Positions 13,210 through 26,634 of a stretch of DNA of 64,000 bases are shown here, in pieces. The translations under genes were made by a program, and so were the position numbers. How positions within the stretch are numbered: the first letter of the stretch is position 1; every line of letters begins with the position of its first letter. The notes beneath the pieces are model-generated. The model was not told where the DNA came from. It made no database searches and saw only the letters and a program-made list of their open reading frames with translations. This DNA is from Octopus vulgaris (Eukaryota), in contig OX597826.1 of the NCBI GenBank assembly GCA_951406725.2, positions 32,922,001-32,986,000 of the forward strand. Reading direction: 5' to 3'.

Positions 13210-13573
13210 CCAAAAATGGAACTTGTAGTTGTGGCTGATGCCAGTATCGCCTGATTGACTCCCAATGCCAGTGGCACGTAAAAAGCATCATCTGAATGTG
13301 GATGATACCAACCCCCACCCCTGCCCCAACTGGCTCCTGTGTTGCATAAAAAGCAACATCTGAACGTGGCCAATGCCAGTGTCGCCAGACAGGCTCCTTT
13401 GCTGGTGGCACATAAAAAGCAACCACTGCACTCTCGGAGTGGTTGGTGTTAGGAAGGGCGTCCAGAACAGATTGGAGTCTGGTGCAGCCTCCTGCTCGCC
13501 AGTTCCCAGTCAAACTGTCCAACTCATGCCAGCATGGAAAACGGATGTTAAACAATGATGATGATGATGATGA
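13210..13573 (+). mobile_element. SINE-like family C with (GAT)n tail
   Basis: Internal GGCACGTAAAAAGCA sub-repeats and the 3' end GGTTGGTGTTAGGAAGGGC...CATGCCAGCATGGAAAACGGATGTTAAAC(GAT)n. Other copies or fragments lie near 8336, 9245, 12880(-), 20382(-), 25590(-), 33720(-), 44915, 55995(-) and 57665. Confidence 0.8.
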
Positions 13574-14761
13574 TAAATAGATGTGTATGTGTGTGTATAT
13601 ATATATATACACACACACATGTATATATACATATATGTACACATATATATAGATATACATGCATATACACATACACATATATATATATACATACATTTAT
13701 ATACACACACACACACACATAAATATATACACACACAAATATGTGTACACATACACAGAAATATAGACATACCCACACAGAGACATATACACACTTATAC
13801 CCAGTGACAAACACACAAACAAACAATATATCTATATATTTATTTATAATTTAGCATGTCAGATAAGAAAATCTTCTGACTAATGACAAATTAAAATTTC
13901 AGACACTAAATTAAATTATCTAGGAATGATATAAATTTAAACATTTATTATTCATATTGATATTTAATTAAGATTTAAAGAGGTAGAAATATATCGTTTG
14001 GGGGAAAATAACAAAATAAAAAAACAATTATGTTTGATTTGAACCCTTGTCTATTGGGATTACATCTTTTAATTTATATGAAAGACAGGTGAATGATATT
14101 ATATTTGCATCATTTTGTGATAGGGCAGGAGGGACCACCACTTAGGTACTTCCCCTCCCTGACACCTTGAAGTGAGAATTGTCTTAGTATTAAGTTACAA
14201 ATGAATATAAACAGGGAAAAAACAAAAAAAGAACTAAAACAATATATAAACAATAAAGTTGGAAATATATTAGGGTCTGTTTGTATGCATATATATACTT
14301 ACACGTACACATATATATGTATGTATAAAAACACACACATATATATATATGTATATACACACATATATGCCCATATATATATTACATATATGCATATACA
14401 CGTGCATACATACATATACATGAACATATATATATATATATATATTTATGCACATACACACACACATATATATGTATGTATACACAAACTCACATATATG
14501 TCCATATAGACATATATATAGATATACTTACACACAAACATATATATGTATGTATGCCTACACACACGTATGTGCATATATATATTACATTTATTTTATA
14601 CATACATTCATGCATACATACATATACATGAACATGTAGACACATATATATATATACACATATATGTATGTATGCACACACACATGTATATGTGCATATA
14701 TATATTACAAATATTTTATGCATACATACACGCATACATACATATACATGAACATATTGAC

Positions 14762-14812
<51 letters not shown>

Positions 14813-15452
14813 CATACATACACACACACATACACATATATATATATATAGAATATATTTGTATGCATGCATGCATGAGCATATATTTGTGTATATATAA
14901 GAATGTATATATATATATATACATATATATATTTATATCCATGTATGTTATGTATTTGTATGTATGCATGCATGCATATGTATATATGTGTGTATATATA
15001 TATGTGTGCATATATAAGTACATATATTAATATATATGTATATGTATGCATACATGTATGTATGTATATTAATATATATATATGTATGTATGTATGTATG
15101 TAAATGTATGAATGTAAATGTATTAGATAAAATGCAGTCACTTAAGTGAAGCTGATAAACTAAAGAGAGCAGGCAGAAGAAACTTAAGCTGCCAAATTCT
15201 TCAGAAAGATGTCTCAGATGTAATTATCTTATCTGGCTTCATGTCTTGGGAGCTGTAAAAAGGGACACACTTGAGTAATTTTTGATGCTTTTATGCCACA
15301 GCTTTATATACCCTGTTTTTTTTTTTTTTTACATCTATATTTTTTTTATCTTGCTGATGGTGGTGTTATTGGTGGTGTTGGTGGTGGGTGATGGTAGGAG
15401 GACTTTTATAATCTCAATAGCTGCTAACATTTGCTACTTGGAATTACTTGGA

Positions 15453-15523
<71 letters not shown>

Positions 15524-15528
15524 TATAT

Positions 15529-15563
<35 letters not shown>

Positions 15564-15984
15564 GTATGCATGTGTGGATATAATTCTTTTAACTTCTACT
15601 TTTCTACACTTGCATGGGTCAGATGGATTACATGCTTATGTGCTTAAACAAACGTGCTTTATCTAATACATTTACATGTATTTACGTTTGTTGCTTTTAA
15701 TAACATTAGTTAAAAGTGTTAATTAACAGCATTACTTAAAAGTATTATTTGGGATTATTGCTTAAACAGCAACAGAATTTCCTGACTTCAAATTTATGGA
15801 GTTTATGATATTTATAACATCATTGCCACAAGAACCAGAAATGAAATCAAAAATATGAGCCCAAAACAACTGTTTTCACAAAGCTTAAGGTGGTGAGCTT
15901 ACAGAATCTTTAGCACACTGGGTGAAATGCTTAGTAGTATTTCATCTGCTGCTAAGTTCTGAGTTCAAATTCCATTGAGGTATG

Positions 15985-17280
15985 TACGAAGGGCGTTCAA
16001 TAAGTAATGCCTCTGACCCACTTGCCGTTGATTGATCTAGCTGAGATTTTGCATGTGTAATTATTTATATCTCTATAGATTAAGTGGCAAATTACAGCTC
16101 CGAACTAATAGTGGTTTCTGATTTACATGTGTTTGAAATGAGTCAAGTGGGAAATGGAGCCTGTTGAGTGTCGAGAAGTGATCCGGTTTTTGTATTTGAA
16201 ATGACGCACACCACAGGAGACTTTTGATGAAATGAAAATAACTTATGGTGATGATGCCCCATCATATGACCTTGTAAAACACTGGCATCGTGAATTCAAA
16301 CATGGTCGGAACTCTGTGGAAACAGCTCCCAGATCTGGTCGCACCCCTTCTGCCATTGATGAGGCATCTGTCCGTCAAGTTGAGGCTGCCATTTTGGAAG
16401 ATGGATGCATAACTATTCGCCAAATAGCCCATGAGGTCAAGATTAGTACCAGGTCTGTGGAAACTATCATTCATGACCATTTGCATATGCAAAAGGTGTC
16501 TGCCAGAGGGATTCCCAGGTTGCTCACACTTTTCCTGAAGCAAGAACGCGTCGAGTGCTCGAGGATGAATTTAGGGATGTGCCAAGAAGATGAGTCAAAA
16601 TTTTTCAAAAGACTGATTACACAGGATGAGACCTGGGTCCTTCACCATGATCCAGAGACCAAAGCCCAGTCAATGCAGTGGAAGCACCATGACTCACCTC
16701 CTCCAAAGAAGGCAAGGGTGCAGCCCTCCGCTGGCAAGGTCATGCTCACAGTCTTCTGGGACCAGGACGGAGTAGTGATGACAGATTTCCTGGCAAAGGG
16801 TACCACAATTACAGGAGCCTATCATGCTTCACTTTTGAGGAAATTAAGAGAAGCTATCAAAGCCAAGAGGCGGAGCAAGATCACCAAAGGCATCCTCCTC
16901 CTGCAGGACAACGCTCCGGTCCACAACTCGTATGTCGCCAGATCAGAAGCACAGGCGTGCGGCTATGAACACTTCCCCCATACCCCTACTCTCCTGACCT
17001 TGCACCCTCTAATTTTCACCTCTTCCCAGCCATGAAGTTGTTTTTGAAAGGAAAGCGTTTCCCAGATGATGCAGCCTTGATTTCTGAAGTCACGTCGTGG
17101 TTGGCGGACCAAGCTGGGGTCTTCTATGAAAACGGTCTCCAGAGCTGTATCAAACGATGGGAGAAATGCGTAACTCTGGGTGGTTCCTATGCTGAAAAAG
17201 ACTAATACCTGTGCCAAGTTTCGTTGCTCTACTGCTATGGGAAGTGGGTCAGGGGCATTACTTATTAAACGCCCCTCATA
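15985..17280 (+). mobile_element. Full-length mariner DNA transposon (~1.3 kb)
   Basis: TA at both ends. Left TIR CGAAGGGCGTTCAATAAGTAATGCCTCTGACCCACTT matches the reverse complement of the right TIR, TGAGGGGCGTTTAATAAGTAATGCCCCTGACCCACTT. A transposase lies inside. Confidence 0.95.
16154..17205 (+). pseudogene. Mariner DD34D-type transposase pseudogene
   Basis: ATG at 16154, in-frame TGA at 16202, motifs IPRLL, TQDETWV and LQDNAPVH. A frameshift near 16975 leads to PYSPDLAPSNFHLF (third catalytic D changed to N) ... RWEKCVTLGGSYAEKD* ending at 17205. Confidence 0.93.
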
Positions 17281-17401
17281 TACACACACACATATATGTC
17301 CATATATATATGTTACTTATATTATATACATACATACATGCATACATATACATGAACATATAGATATATATATATACTTACACACACACACACACATATA
17401 T

Positions 17402-17818
17402 GCGTAGGAGTGGCTGTGTGGAAAGTAGCTTGCTTACGAACCACATGTTTTCAGGTTCAGTCTCACTGTGTAGTACCTTGGGTAAGAGTCTTCTACTATA
17501 GCCTTGGGCCGACCAAAGCCTTGTGAGTGGATTTGGTAGATGGAAATTGAAAGAAGCCCGTCGTATATATATGTATATATATATGTATATGTCTGTATAT
17601 GTTTGTGTGTTTGTGTTTGTCCCCCCTAACACTGCTTGACAACCGATGCTGGTGTGTTTATGTCCCCGTAACTTAGCAGTTCAGCAAAAGAGACTGATAG
17701 AATAAGTACTAGGCTTACAAAGAATAAGTCCTGGGGTCAGTTTGCTCAACTAAAGGCGGTACTCCTGCATGGCCACAGACTCATGACTGAAACAAGTAAA
17801 AGAATAAAAAAGAGTATA
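17402..17818 (+). mobile_element. SINE family A
   Basis: Colinear full-length copy. Confidence 0.9.
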
Positions 17819-18050
17819 GAGTAGGTCGACTATGCCTTTGATCATTTTGGGGGCTGATGAAATAAGTACCAGTTGCACACTGGGGTCCATGTAATCAACT
17901 GTCCCCCTTCCCCCAAAATTTCCGAGGCCTTGTGCCTAGCATAGAAATAATAGTTGTTCACGAAGCTTTTTAACTGAGAGAACATAACAACAAGTGTTTT
18001 CTTCAAACTCTCATTTCATATTTAAAAATCATATCCTGACAGAAGATATT

Positions 18051-18253
18051 GGCTTCAAATTTTAGCACAAGGCCAGCAATTTCAGGAGAGCGGATAAGTT
18101 GATTACATCAACCCCAGAGAACATCCAGTAGATTTTTTATTAACCCCGAATGGATGAAGAGCAAATTCTGTCTTGGCAGGATTTGAACTCAGAATGTAAA
18201 GATGGATGAAATGCTGCTAAGCATTTTGCCTGGCTTGCTAATGATTCTGCCAG
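18051..18253 (-). mobile_element. SINE family B with target-site duplication
   Basis: Flanked by GACAGAAGATATT (18038-18050) and GACAGGAGATATT (18254-18266). Confidence 0.85.
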
Positions 18254-18373
18254 ACAGGAGATATTCAAAAGAAAACAAGACCCAGTTTACCCTCTGCTCA
18301 GCAGAAATGTGCAACTGTGAGTACTGGATATCAGAGCCTTTCAGTTATAATGTATTTATGTGTGTGTATGAGT

Positions 18374-18438
<65 letters not shown>

Positions 18439-18670
18439 CAAATTCTGATTGAATTAGGAAATAGTCACAATTGAAATCATGTAAATAGTATTATGAGCCT
18501 TTAAATTCCCTTGGAGTTGACTTACATATACATACTTACATATATATACTTATATACATACATACATATTTATATACATACATACTTATATACATGCATA
18601 CATATGTACATACATACTCACATACATACTTATATACATACATACTTATATACATATATATTTGTATACA

Positions 18671-18704
<34 letters not shown>

Positions 18705-19437
18705 AACATATATACTTACATACATACTTATATACATACATTCTTATATACATACGTACATGCTTATATACATGAACATATAGTCATAGGAAAGTATTAC
18801 CTTGCCTGTAAACAAAAGAGGAATAGTGGCAGTGAGGGCATCTGGCTATAGAAAATCACCCCTTCCCCCGCAACAAAACCTCATCTGATGAATGTGAGCA
18901 TGAAGAGGTAGGTCTCAAACTCATGTTACTGACACTGATGATGATGATGATGATGTTAATGATGATGTCACCACGACGACGACAATGACGACTTATAAGC
19001 TCACACACATAGCCATATACGTCTGCGAATCTCTGTGTGTGTGTTTGTGTGTGTGTGTGTGCATGTGAATGTAATTTGAGTTTTGTATCAAAGAAAATCT
19101 CTTATCATAAATAAAAGTTTAAAAAGAAAAACATAGCAAGAAATGTTTTTTTGTTTATTTTTTTCCATCTGTAATGTTGTTAGTCAATTCTAACATAGAT
19201 AATTCTTTATTTTGAAGAGAAATTACAATCTTTCAAGATTTCTATTCTTGTGTCGCAGTCGCTTATTAAATGGTGTGTGACATTAAAAAGAAAATTCAGA
19301 GATGAATAAGTTAAAAGCAATCTTAATTTTGAAACACTTATCACCTTTTATCTTCTTGTCTACTCATCCCTTACTGACCCCCACATATCTAAAGAGGGGA
19401 GCAGGCTAGCAGAAAAAGTGTAATACAATTCAGTGCA

Positions 19438-19472
<35 letters not shown>

Positions 19473-19505
19473 ATGTATATCAGTATATATGGTAGATGGA
19501 AGATA

Positions 19506-19667
19506 GGTGCAGGCATCTGTGTGGTGAGAAGCTTGCTTCCCAACCACATGGTTTCAGGTTCAGTCCCATTACATGGCACCTTGGGCAAGAGTCTTCTACT
19601 ATAGCCTTGGGCTGACCAAAGCCTTGTGGGTGGATTTGGTAGACAGAAACTGAAAGAAGCCCATTCT

Positions 19668-19739
<72 letters not shown>

Positions 19740-19993
19740 GTATATATATATATATTTATATATACATATATATGTATGTATGTATATTTTTGTGGGTCTT
19801 TGTCACCCCACCATCGTTTAACAACTGATATTGGTGTGTTTACGTCCCCGTAACTTAGCAGTTCAGCCAAAGAGAATGATAAAATAAGTACTAAGCTTAT
19901 AAAGAATAAGTCCTGGGGTTGATTCGTTTGACTAAAGGCAGTGCTCCAGCATGGCTGCTGTCAAATAACTGAAACAAGTAAAAGAGTAAAAGA

Positions 19994-19995
<2 letters not shown>
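19506..19995 (+). mobile_element. SINE family A with expanded internal (TA)n
   Basis: Colinear copy with a long internal TA tract. Confidence 0.9.
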
Positions 19996-20053
<58 letters not shown>

Positions 20054-20093
20054 GGTAAATGAAAGGTAGAAGATGGAAACAGGAGAATTTATG

Positions 20094-20203
20094 ATTACTC
20101 ACAACAATTGTTTCGACACGTCTAGCATAGATCTTTCATGGCTTGGACACTTAATGACTGGTTCAGGAGTATCTAGCAGTGCACATGTATCTCATTAGGT
20201 AAT
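20094..20203 (-). ncRNA. Degenerate type I hammerhead-like motif with long stem II
   Basis: Minus strand reads ATTAC CTAATGA GATAC...GTGTC GAAACAATTGT T GTGAG. G5 is mutated to A and stem III is the palindrome ACAATTGT. Confidence 0.5.
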
Positions 20204-21276
20204 GAATAGACACAACTCATTAAAATAAGAGTTACACAATATATCTTTCCTATTTTGTAGAAAGAAAAGCATCAAAATGAAGGAAATATCTTCATTTATA
20301 TGGAAGATCAAAAATAAAATCACAGATGCAAAAAATAAATGAACACACAATATATATATATCTATATATATATATATATATATCATCATCATCATCATTA
20401 TCAACATTTAATGTCTGTTTTCCATGCTGGTATGGGTTGGACGGTTTTCACAGAAAGCTGACCAGCTGAAGAGCTGTTCAAGCTCCATGTCTGTTGTGGC
20501 ATGATTTCTATGGCTGAATGCCCTTCCTAACACCAACGCATTATAGAGCATACAAGGTGCTTTTACACAGTATCAGTACGAGTGTTTCTTACGTGGCACC
20601 ACCATCTATGAGCCCATGAGATTAGGGATGCTCAGTTGGAGAGGGTTGCATGGGACAGGCCTGTATGCAAAGGCAATCATGCTTTTGCTTAGCTTGATGT
20701 CTCTTTTCAAGCACAGCAAGCCAGTAGTAATTACCTCACTTGCTAACTGTGAACTATAAAATAACATTTTTCATTTTATCGAACTTCAATATGGGAAAAA
20801 TTCACAACCTTCTGTGCCAATAAACCACTAGTGTTCCTGGAAGTTGCTTTTTATATATTCTACAGACTACTTGAAGCTTACTAACTTCCTACACCTTGAT
20901 CCTTGGATCTTGTCTTTACATATCATTATATATATATATATCTTTCTTTCTCCTCCTTATGCTACAAGATAAAACACTCATTTTTGCCTGTCTCCTGTCA
21001 AAGATTGTTTTTCCAGCGTTCCCCACTTCACCTCATTATGGCTTAACAACCCTTACCATTGGTTTTAATGTCCTGTTTTTGTTACCACTTTAACCCTTTA
21101 TGTTGCCTATCTCATTTCACTATTTGCTTCTTTCGTTGTTCGGAAAAAAGTTCGTTTTCCATGGTTTTTTTTTTTATGTTGTTCATGTGTTTTTGACGTC
21201 GTACATATATATGTAGGTATGTACATGTATGTATGTACATATGCATATATAAATATATATTATCTATATTATCTGG

Positions 21277-21460
21277 CATTCACCATGATAGGTCACTAGC
21301 CACTACACACTCATTATTTTCTCTCCTTGCTTTTTTCTGTGGAAGAGCGTAGGCTCGAAACATTTAAGACTTCTTCACTTCCCGAGCATTAAACTAATAC
21401 ATCTGTTTACTGTCCACACCACCTGTCTTTGTTTTTTGTTTTTTGTGAATTCTCCCTATA
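21277..21460 (+). mobile_element. PLE pseudo-LTR-like repeat carrying a hammerhead-like motif (A6U family)
   Basis: Homologous to 31290-31490(+), 40120-40245(-), 57903-58089(-) and a fragment at 51022-51068(-). Carries CTGTGGA-A-GAGC-GTAG-GCTC-GAAAC and ends at (TA)n. Confidence 0.6.
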
Positions 21461-21465
21461 TATAT

Positions 21466-21506
<41 letters not shown>

Positions 21507-21576
21507 GGTCCCGGGTTGATTCGGGGTTAACCACAGTAAATAAGGTACTCAATACATAGCAGAGTAAAATTAATTT

Positions 21577-21690
21577 ATTATATAGAAGGAGTTCTACAGG
21601 ACTAGAACTGTTTCATTCAAGAGAAATCTTCAGGAAGCTTCCTGAAGATTTCTCTTGAATGAAACAGTTCTAGTCTGTAGAAGCTCCTTC

Positions 21691-21698
<8 letters not shown>
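21577..21698. repeat. ~122-bp near-perfect palindrome formed by two head-to-head hammerhead-bearing copies
   Basis: The arms are reverse complements centred on AAG|CTT at 21637/21638 and differ by two single-base indels. Confidence 0.95.
21636..21685 (+). ncRNA. Type I hammerhead ribozyme motif, intact core
   Basis: Stem I AGCUUC/GAAGCU, core CUGAAGA (21642-48), stem II U-UUC[UCUU]GAA-U, GAAA, stem III ACAG/CUGU, triplet GUA. Predicted cut is after 21679. Confidence 0.75.
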
Positions 21699-21723
<25 letters not shown>

Positions 21724-22141
21724 CGTATATATATATATACATATATATATATATAAACCAGCTTAGAGAAGAAGAAGAAACGAAACGAAACCAAACGAAT
21801 CGAATCGAATCGACGTGAAGGCGCTCAGTCATACAATAGTGTAATAAATAAAATATATGCATACATACAAACATATATGTACGTACCTACATCTACATGT
21901 ATATATACATGCATATATAAATATACATACGTGTGTACAGGACACCACAAATAGAAACGAAAACGTAAAAAACAGCATGGAACAGACCATTTTTTATTTT
22001 TAACAACGAAAAAACAGAGTACAAGACAACTACACAAGGAAAAATTCCCTTCATCAGCTGTGCCTAGTTCAACTCCAGCGTGTTTCGAAGGTGAGGACAG
22101 AACACGTCACGTCGAACTAGTCCTTCCTATACATAAAGGTA

Positions 22142-22185
<44 letters not shown>

Positions 22186-22188
<3 letters not shown>

Positions 22189-22596
22189 TCTTACTCTTTT
22201 ACTTGTTTCAGTCATTTGACTGCGGCCATGCTGGAGCACCACCTTTAGTCGAACAAATCGACCCTGAGACCTATTCTTTGTAAGCCCAGTACTTATTCTA
22301 TCGGTCTCTTTTGCCAAACCGCAAAGTGACGGGGATGTAAACACACCAGCATCGGTTGTAAAGCAATGCTAGGGGGACAAACATATACACACATACATAT
22401 ACACACACACTTACATATATATATATATATATACGACGGGCTTCTTTCAGTTTCCGTCTACCAAATCCACTCACAAGGCATTGGTCGGCCTGGGGCTATA
22501 GCAGAAGACACTTGCCCAAGATGCCACGCAGTGGGACTGAACCCGGAACCATGTGGTTGGTTAGCACGCTACTTATCACACAGCCACTCCTGCGCC
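22186..22596 (-). mobile_element. SINE family A
   Basis: Colinear full-length, low-divergence copy. Confidence 0.9.
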
Positions 22597-22648
<52 letters not shown>

Positions 22649-22649
22649 T

Positions 22650-22727
<78 letters not shown>

Positions 22728-23291
22728 GCATAAATATGAGGCTGAAGATATATATATATATATATCAAAAGAGAGACAGCAAGATTCATAAAGAGGCATG
22801 AAAGAAAGAGAGGAAGAGTTTTGCATAGCTTAATAATGAGTTTTCTAAGAAACACTCATTTTCGAATTTGATAGTGTCAAACAGTTTAGACCTCAACAGC
22901 AATGCTGTATCTTATGTTTCAAGTGGCTTTCATTTATAATCAAGTGTATATTCAAAAGTAAGTAGTGTTATAAGAACTATTAAAAAAAAAAGCTAAAGGG
23001 AAACAAATATTTACATCTATTTAATGAATAGCTGCAAGGCTTTTGACATCAAAGTCGTTTTGTGGTGGACATTGGAGAATGTGTAAAGAATATGGTACCC
23101 TGCAGTTCCAGACAGTGCTTAGAATATATGGAATTAGAAAAAAATGCTGAAAAAAAGATAATAAGAAAAATGTATTTACTATGTATAGCTGTGTGGTTAA
23201 GAAATTCACCGTTTTGCAACCATGTGGTTATCAGTTCCATCCCACTCTGCAGCATACTTAAATATCGATCTTATTCATATATATATATATT

Positions 23292-23334
<43 letters not shown>

Positions 23335-24125
23335 GGAGAGAGAGAGAAAGAGAGATAGATAGATAGATAGAAAGATAGATAGATATGCATACACACATAT
23401 GTATATATGTATATATATATATATATATATATCTTCTGCTTTAATTTGGGATCGATTGATGGATTGTGAGTGAATTTAATATGTGGAAACTTACTGGAAG
23501 CCCTTTCTGTGTTGTGTGTATGTGTCTGTGTTTGTGTTCTTGTGATTTAGCAGTTCATCAGTACAGACCAAGAGAACAAGTAACAAACTTTAAAAGATAA
23601 TGCTGTGTGTATGCGTGTATATGTGTGCGTATGCATGTATGTGCAGTTGTGTGTATGTGAATGTGTGAGTGTGAGTTTGTGTGTGTGAGTGTGTTAGTGT
23701 GTGCGTGATTGTGTGAGCGTGTGTGAGCGTGTGTAATTGTGTGTGTATGTGAGTGTATGTGCATGCATATATGTGTGCGTGTGTGTGCACTTATTAACTT
23801 TTAAAAGAAACAGCTGAGAGTGCATTTAAATGTCTTGCTCGTTATCTTCAGTCTGTCTGACGAAGGCCAGCAGATCAAAACTCTTAAGTTGTTATCGACT
23901 TTTCCTTGTAAAAGCTTAATAAAAAATGAACGCTAATAAAATGTATCGAAAAAATCTTTCGGTTTCATGTGAAGCAGTTTTTTTTATATAGAACTTGATA
24001 TTAACAACAAACATTTATATTGAGATCTATCATATATATATTTATATAATACATACATATATATATATATATATACATACATGCATATATATACATGTGT
24101 GTATGTATGCATATCTATCTACCTA

Positions 24126-24162
<37 letters not shown>

Positions 24163-25089
24163 GTTTCTCCATATATATATATATAAGGATAAGATCGATA
24201 TTTAAATACCGATCTTATCAGGTGGCCAGCATGGGAATAAAAGCCTTTCAAAGGTAATAATTATTTATTACCACATTAAATGTTCATGTGGTTTTAGTGT
24301 CAAGTTTTGACTGCTATTTCCAGCATGGTAGTGTCTCTTAGATACCCTAAATTATAATTTATATATATATATATATAAATGTATAAATATAAATATATGA
24401 TAGCTATCAATATAAATGTTTGCTGCTAATATATATATATAGGTATGTATTTTTATGTATATGTGTGTGTATGTGTGTGTGTATATATATATTTATATGT
24501 GTGTGTGTATGTGTGTGTGCATATATGTGTGTATGTATGTATGTGTGTGTGTGTGTATACACACAAATATATATATATTTATATATATATATCCTATTTG
24601 TGCATGTACATATCCGATAAGAATTTGAAGTACACAGACCAAAGGGTGGGTGGCGGATGGGGGTGTTCCAAGTAACATCAGTCGAAAGGTCAAATTTTAG
24701 CAATTAATGTAATTTCCTCTTTAACAGAATATCTTATTTTTGGAATTACCATTTCAACAGAGGCACATGTGCTGCCATCTATAAATATAGCAAAGAGAAA
24801 TGATTGGCCGGGCTGCTAGAAGTTTGATAGTGAGATCATCATATGAAAGAAAAACAGTTTTTGGGATATGATTGAGGTTTTTTCCTCTTTTTTTTCTATT
24901 AATATTCGATGCCATTTAGGGTCGTGGATTGGGTGCATCTGTAGAATTTTGGACAAAATGCACCGCAACATTTCGATTGTGTCAAAGCAGTGTGTGATGG
25001 TACAATGATTAGCATCCTGACTAAAATGCTTAGTGGCATTTCTTACATCTTTAGTCGTCATTCTTCTTAAAAAGAAAAATGAATAAATA

Positions 25090-25474
25090 GTGCAGGAGTG
25101 ACTGTGCGGTAGATGGCTTGCTTGCCGGCCACATGGTTCCGGGTTCAGTCCCACTGTGTGGCACTTTGGACAAGTGTCTTCTGCTATAGCCTCGGGCCGA
25201 CCAAAGCCTTGTGAGTGGATTTGGTAGACGGAAACTGAAAGAGGCCTGTCGTATATATGTATATATATATATATGTGTGTTTGTGTGTCTGTGTTTGTCC
25301 TCCCAACATTGCTTGACGACCGATGCTGGTGTGTTCATGTCCCCGTAACTTTGCAGTTCGGCAAAGGGAACCGATGGAGTGGGTGCTGGGCTTACAAAGA
25401 ATAAGTTGAATAAAGATGGTGCTCCAGCATGGTCGCAGTTGTGTGGCTGAAGCAGGTAAAAGAGTAAAAGAGTA
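25090..25474 (+). mobile_element. SINE family A
   Basis: Colinear copy with a small internal deletion. Confidence 0.9.
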
Positions 25475-25527
25475 TAGAACCCAACTGAAAAGTATTGAGT
25501 CATCCATCAACTTAATGTGCAGCTATT

Positions 25528-25565
<38 letters not shown>

Positions 25566-26082
25566 CATGCACAAAAAGATCATCATCATTATCATCATCA
25601 TCATCATCATTTAAAATCTGCTTTCTGCAATGGAATGTGTTAGATGGTTTCACTGGAATTGGTAAGCCAGACAGCTGCACCAGGTTCCAGTCTGATTTGG
25701 CTTGGTGGCTACAGTCGGATGCCCTTCTTAATGCCAACCACTCCAAGAGTATAATGAGTGTTTTTATGTGCTATGAGCATTGGTGCAATTTACATGATAT
25801 CAGCAACACCTGTGACTTTGATTACCTGGGTGCTATTTACCTGACACTGGCAACAGCCATAAATAGGTTTGATTAGTCTTCTCAAGCAGAGCAAATCGTC
25901 AAGGTCTCAGTCACTTGTCATCGCATCCATGAGGCTCAGCGTTTGAAAACCATGCTTCACCACCTCATCCCTCTCCTCTATGATGAGGTGTTATATATAT
26001 ATATATATAAATACACACATGCCTGCACACACACATACACACGCATATATATGTATGTATGTATGTATGTATACACATACAT

Positions 26083-26125
<43 letters not shown>

Positions 26126-26128
<3 letters not shown>

Positions 26129-26526
26129 TGGGTACAATGGGTAAATTATCAGCATTTTATATTTTTAATTTCATGTTTGCACATTGTTTCTTTTGATTTT
26201 GTCAACTACACAGTATAGTAGGGTCAGTTGGTCACTGTCTGTACCATAATGCAATTCACTTTGCAAGAAATTTGGAAACGACATGCTGTACGGCTTGACA
26301 TTTGCACCAGAAGCTCTGATATGGACATTTCAGAGGTTTTGGGTGTCATTTTGTGGACATGTACTGAGAGTGATAAAAATCAAACATCCAGTGAACATCA
26401 TGGTGTTCGGAGTGATCACAAGTTATAGCAACATTTTGCCTCTGTTCATTTTCCCACACAGCCTCACACTCAACAGGGAGGCCTACATCAAGTGCCTGGA
26501 CGACAATATATTCACCACACCTTGTA
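26126..26526 (+). mobile_element. Internally deleted Tc1/mariner-superfamily element (maT/DD37D-like)
   Basis: TA at both ends with degenerate TIRs. Transposase remnant KIKHPVNIMVFGVITSYSNILPLFIFPHSLTLNREAYIKCL. Confidence 0.65.
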
Positions 26527-26634
26527 CATGTGTGTGTGTGTGTGTACATATATATACGGATATAAAGGAAGAGGAAGAAAATAGAGTTTGTGAAGTTAAT
26601 AAGAGATTATTATCAACAACAAATTGAATATTAT

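Noticed and set aside
22040-22135. CTGATGA and GAAAC on the minus strand
   Set aside because: The order would require a type II topology, and I could not form convincing stems I and III. It is probably a repeat fragment.
24295-24350. Hammerhead-like remnant (and another near 44290-44352)
   Set aside because: The cores are too degenerate (missing or mutated CUGA/GAAA) to call.
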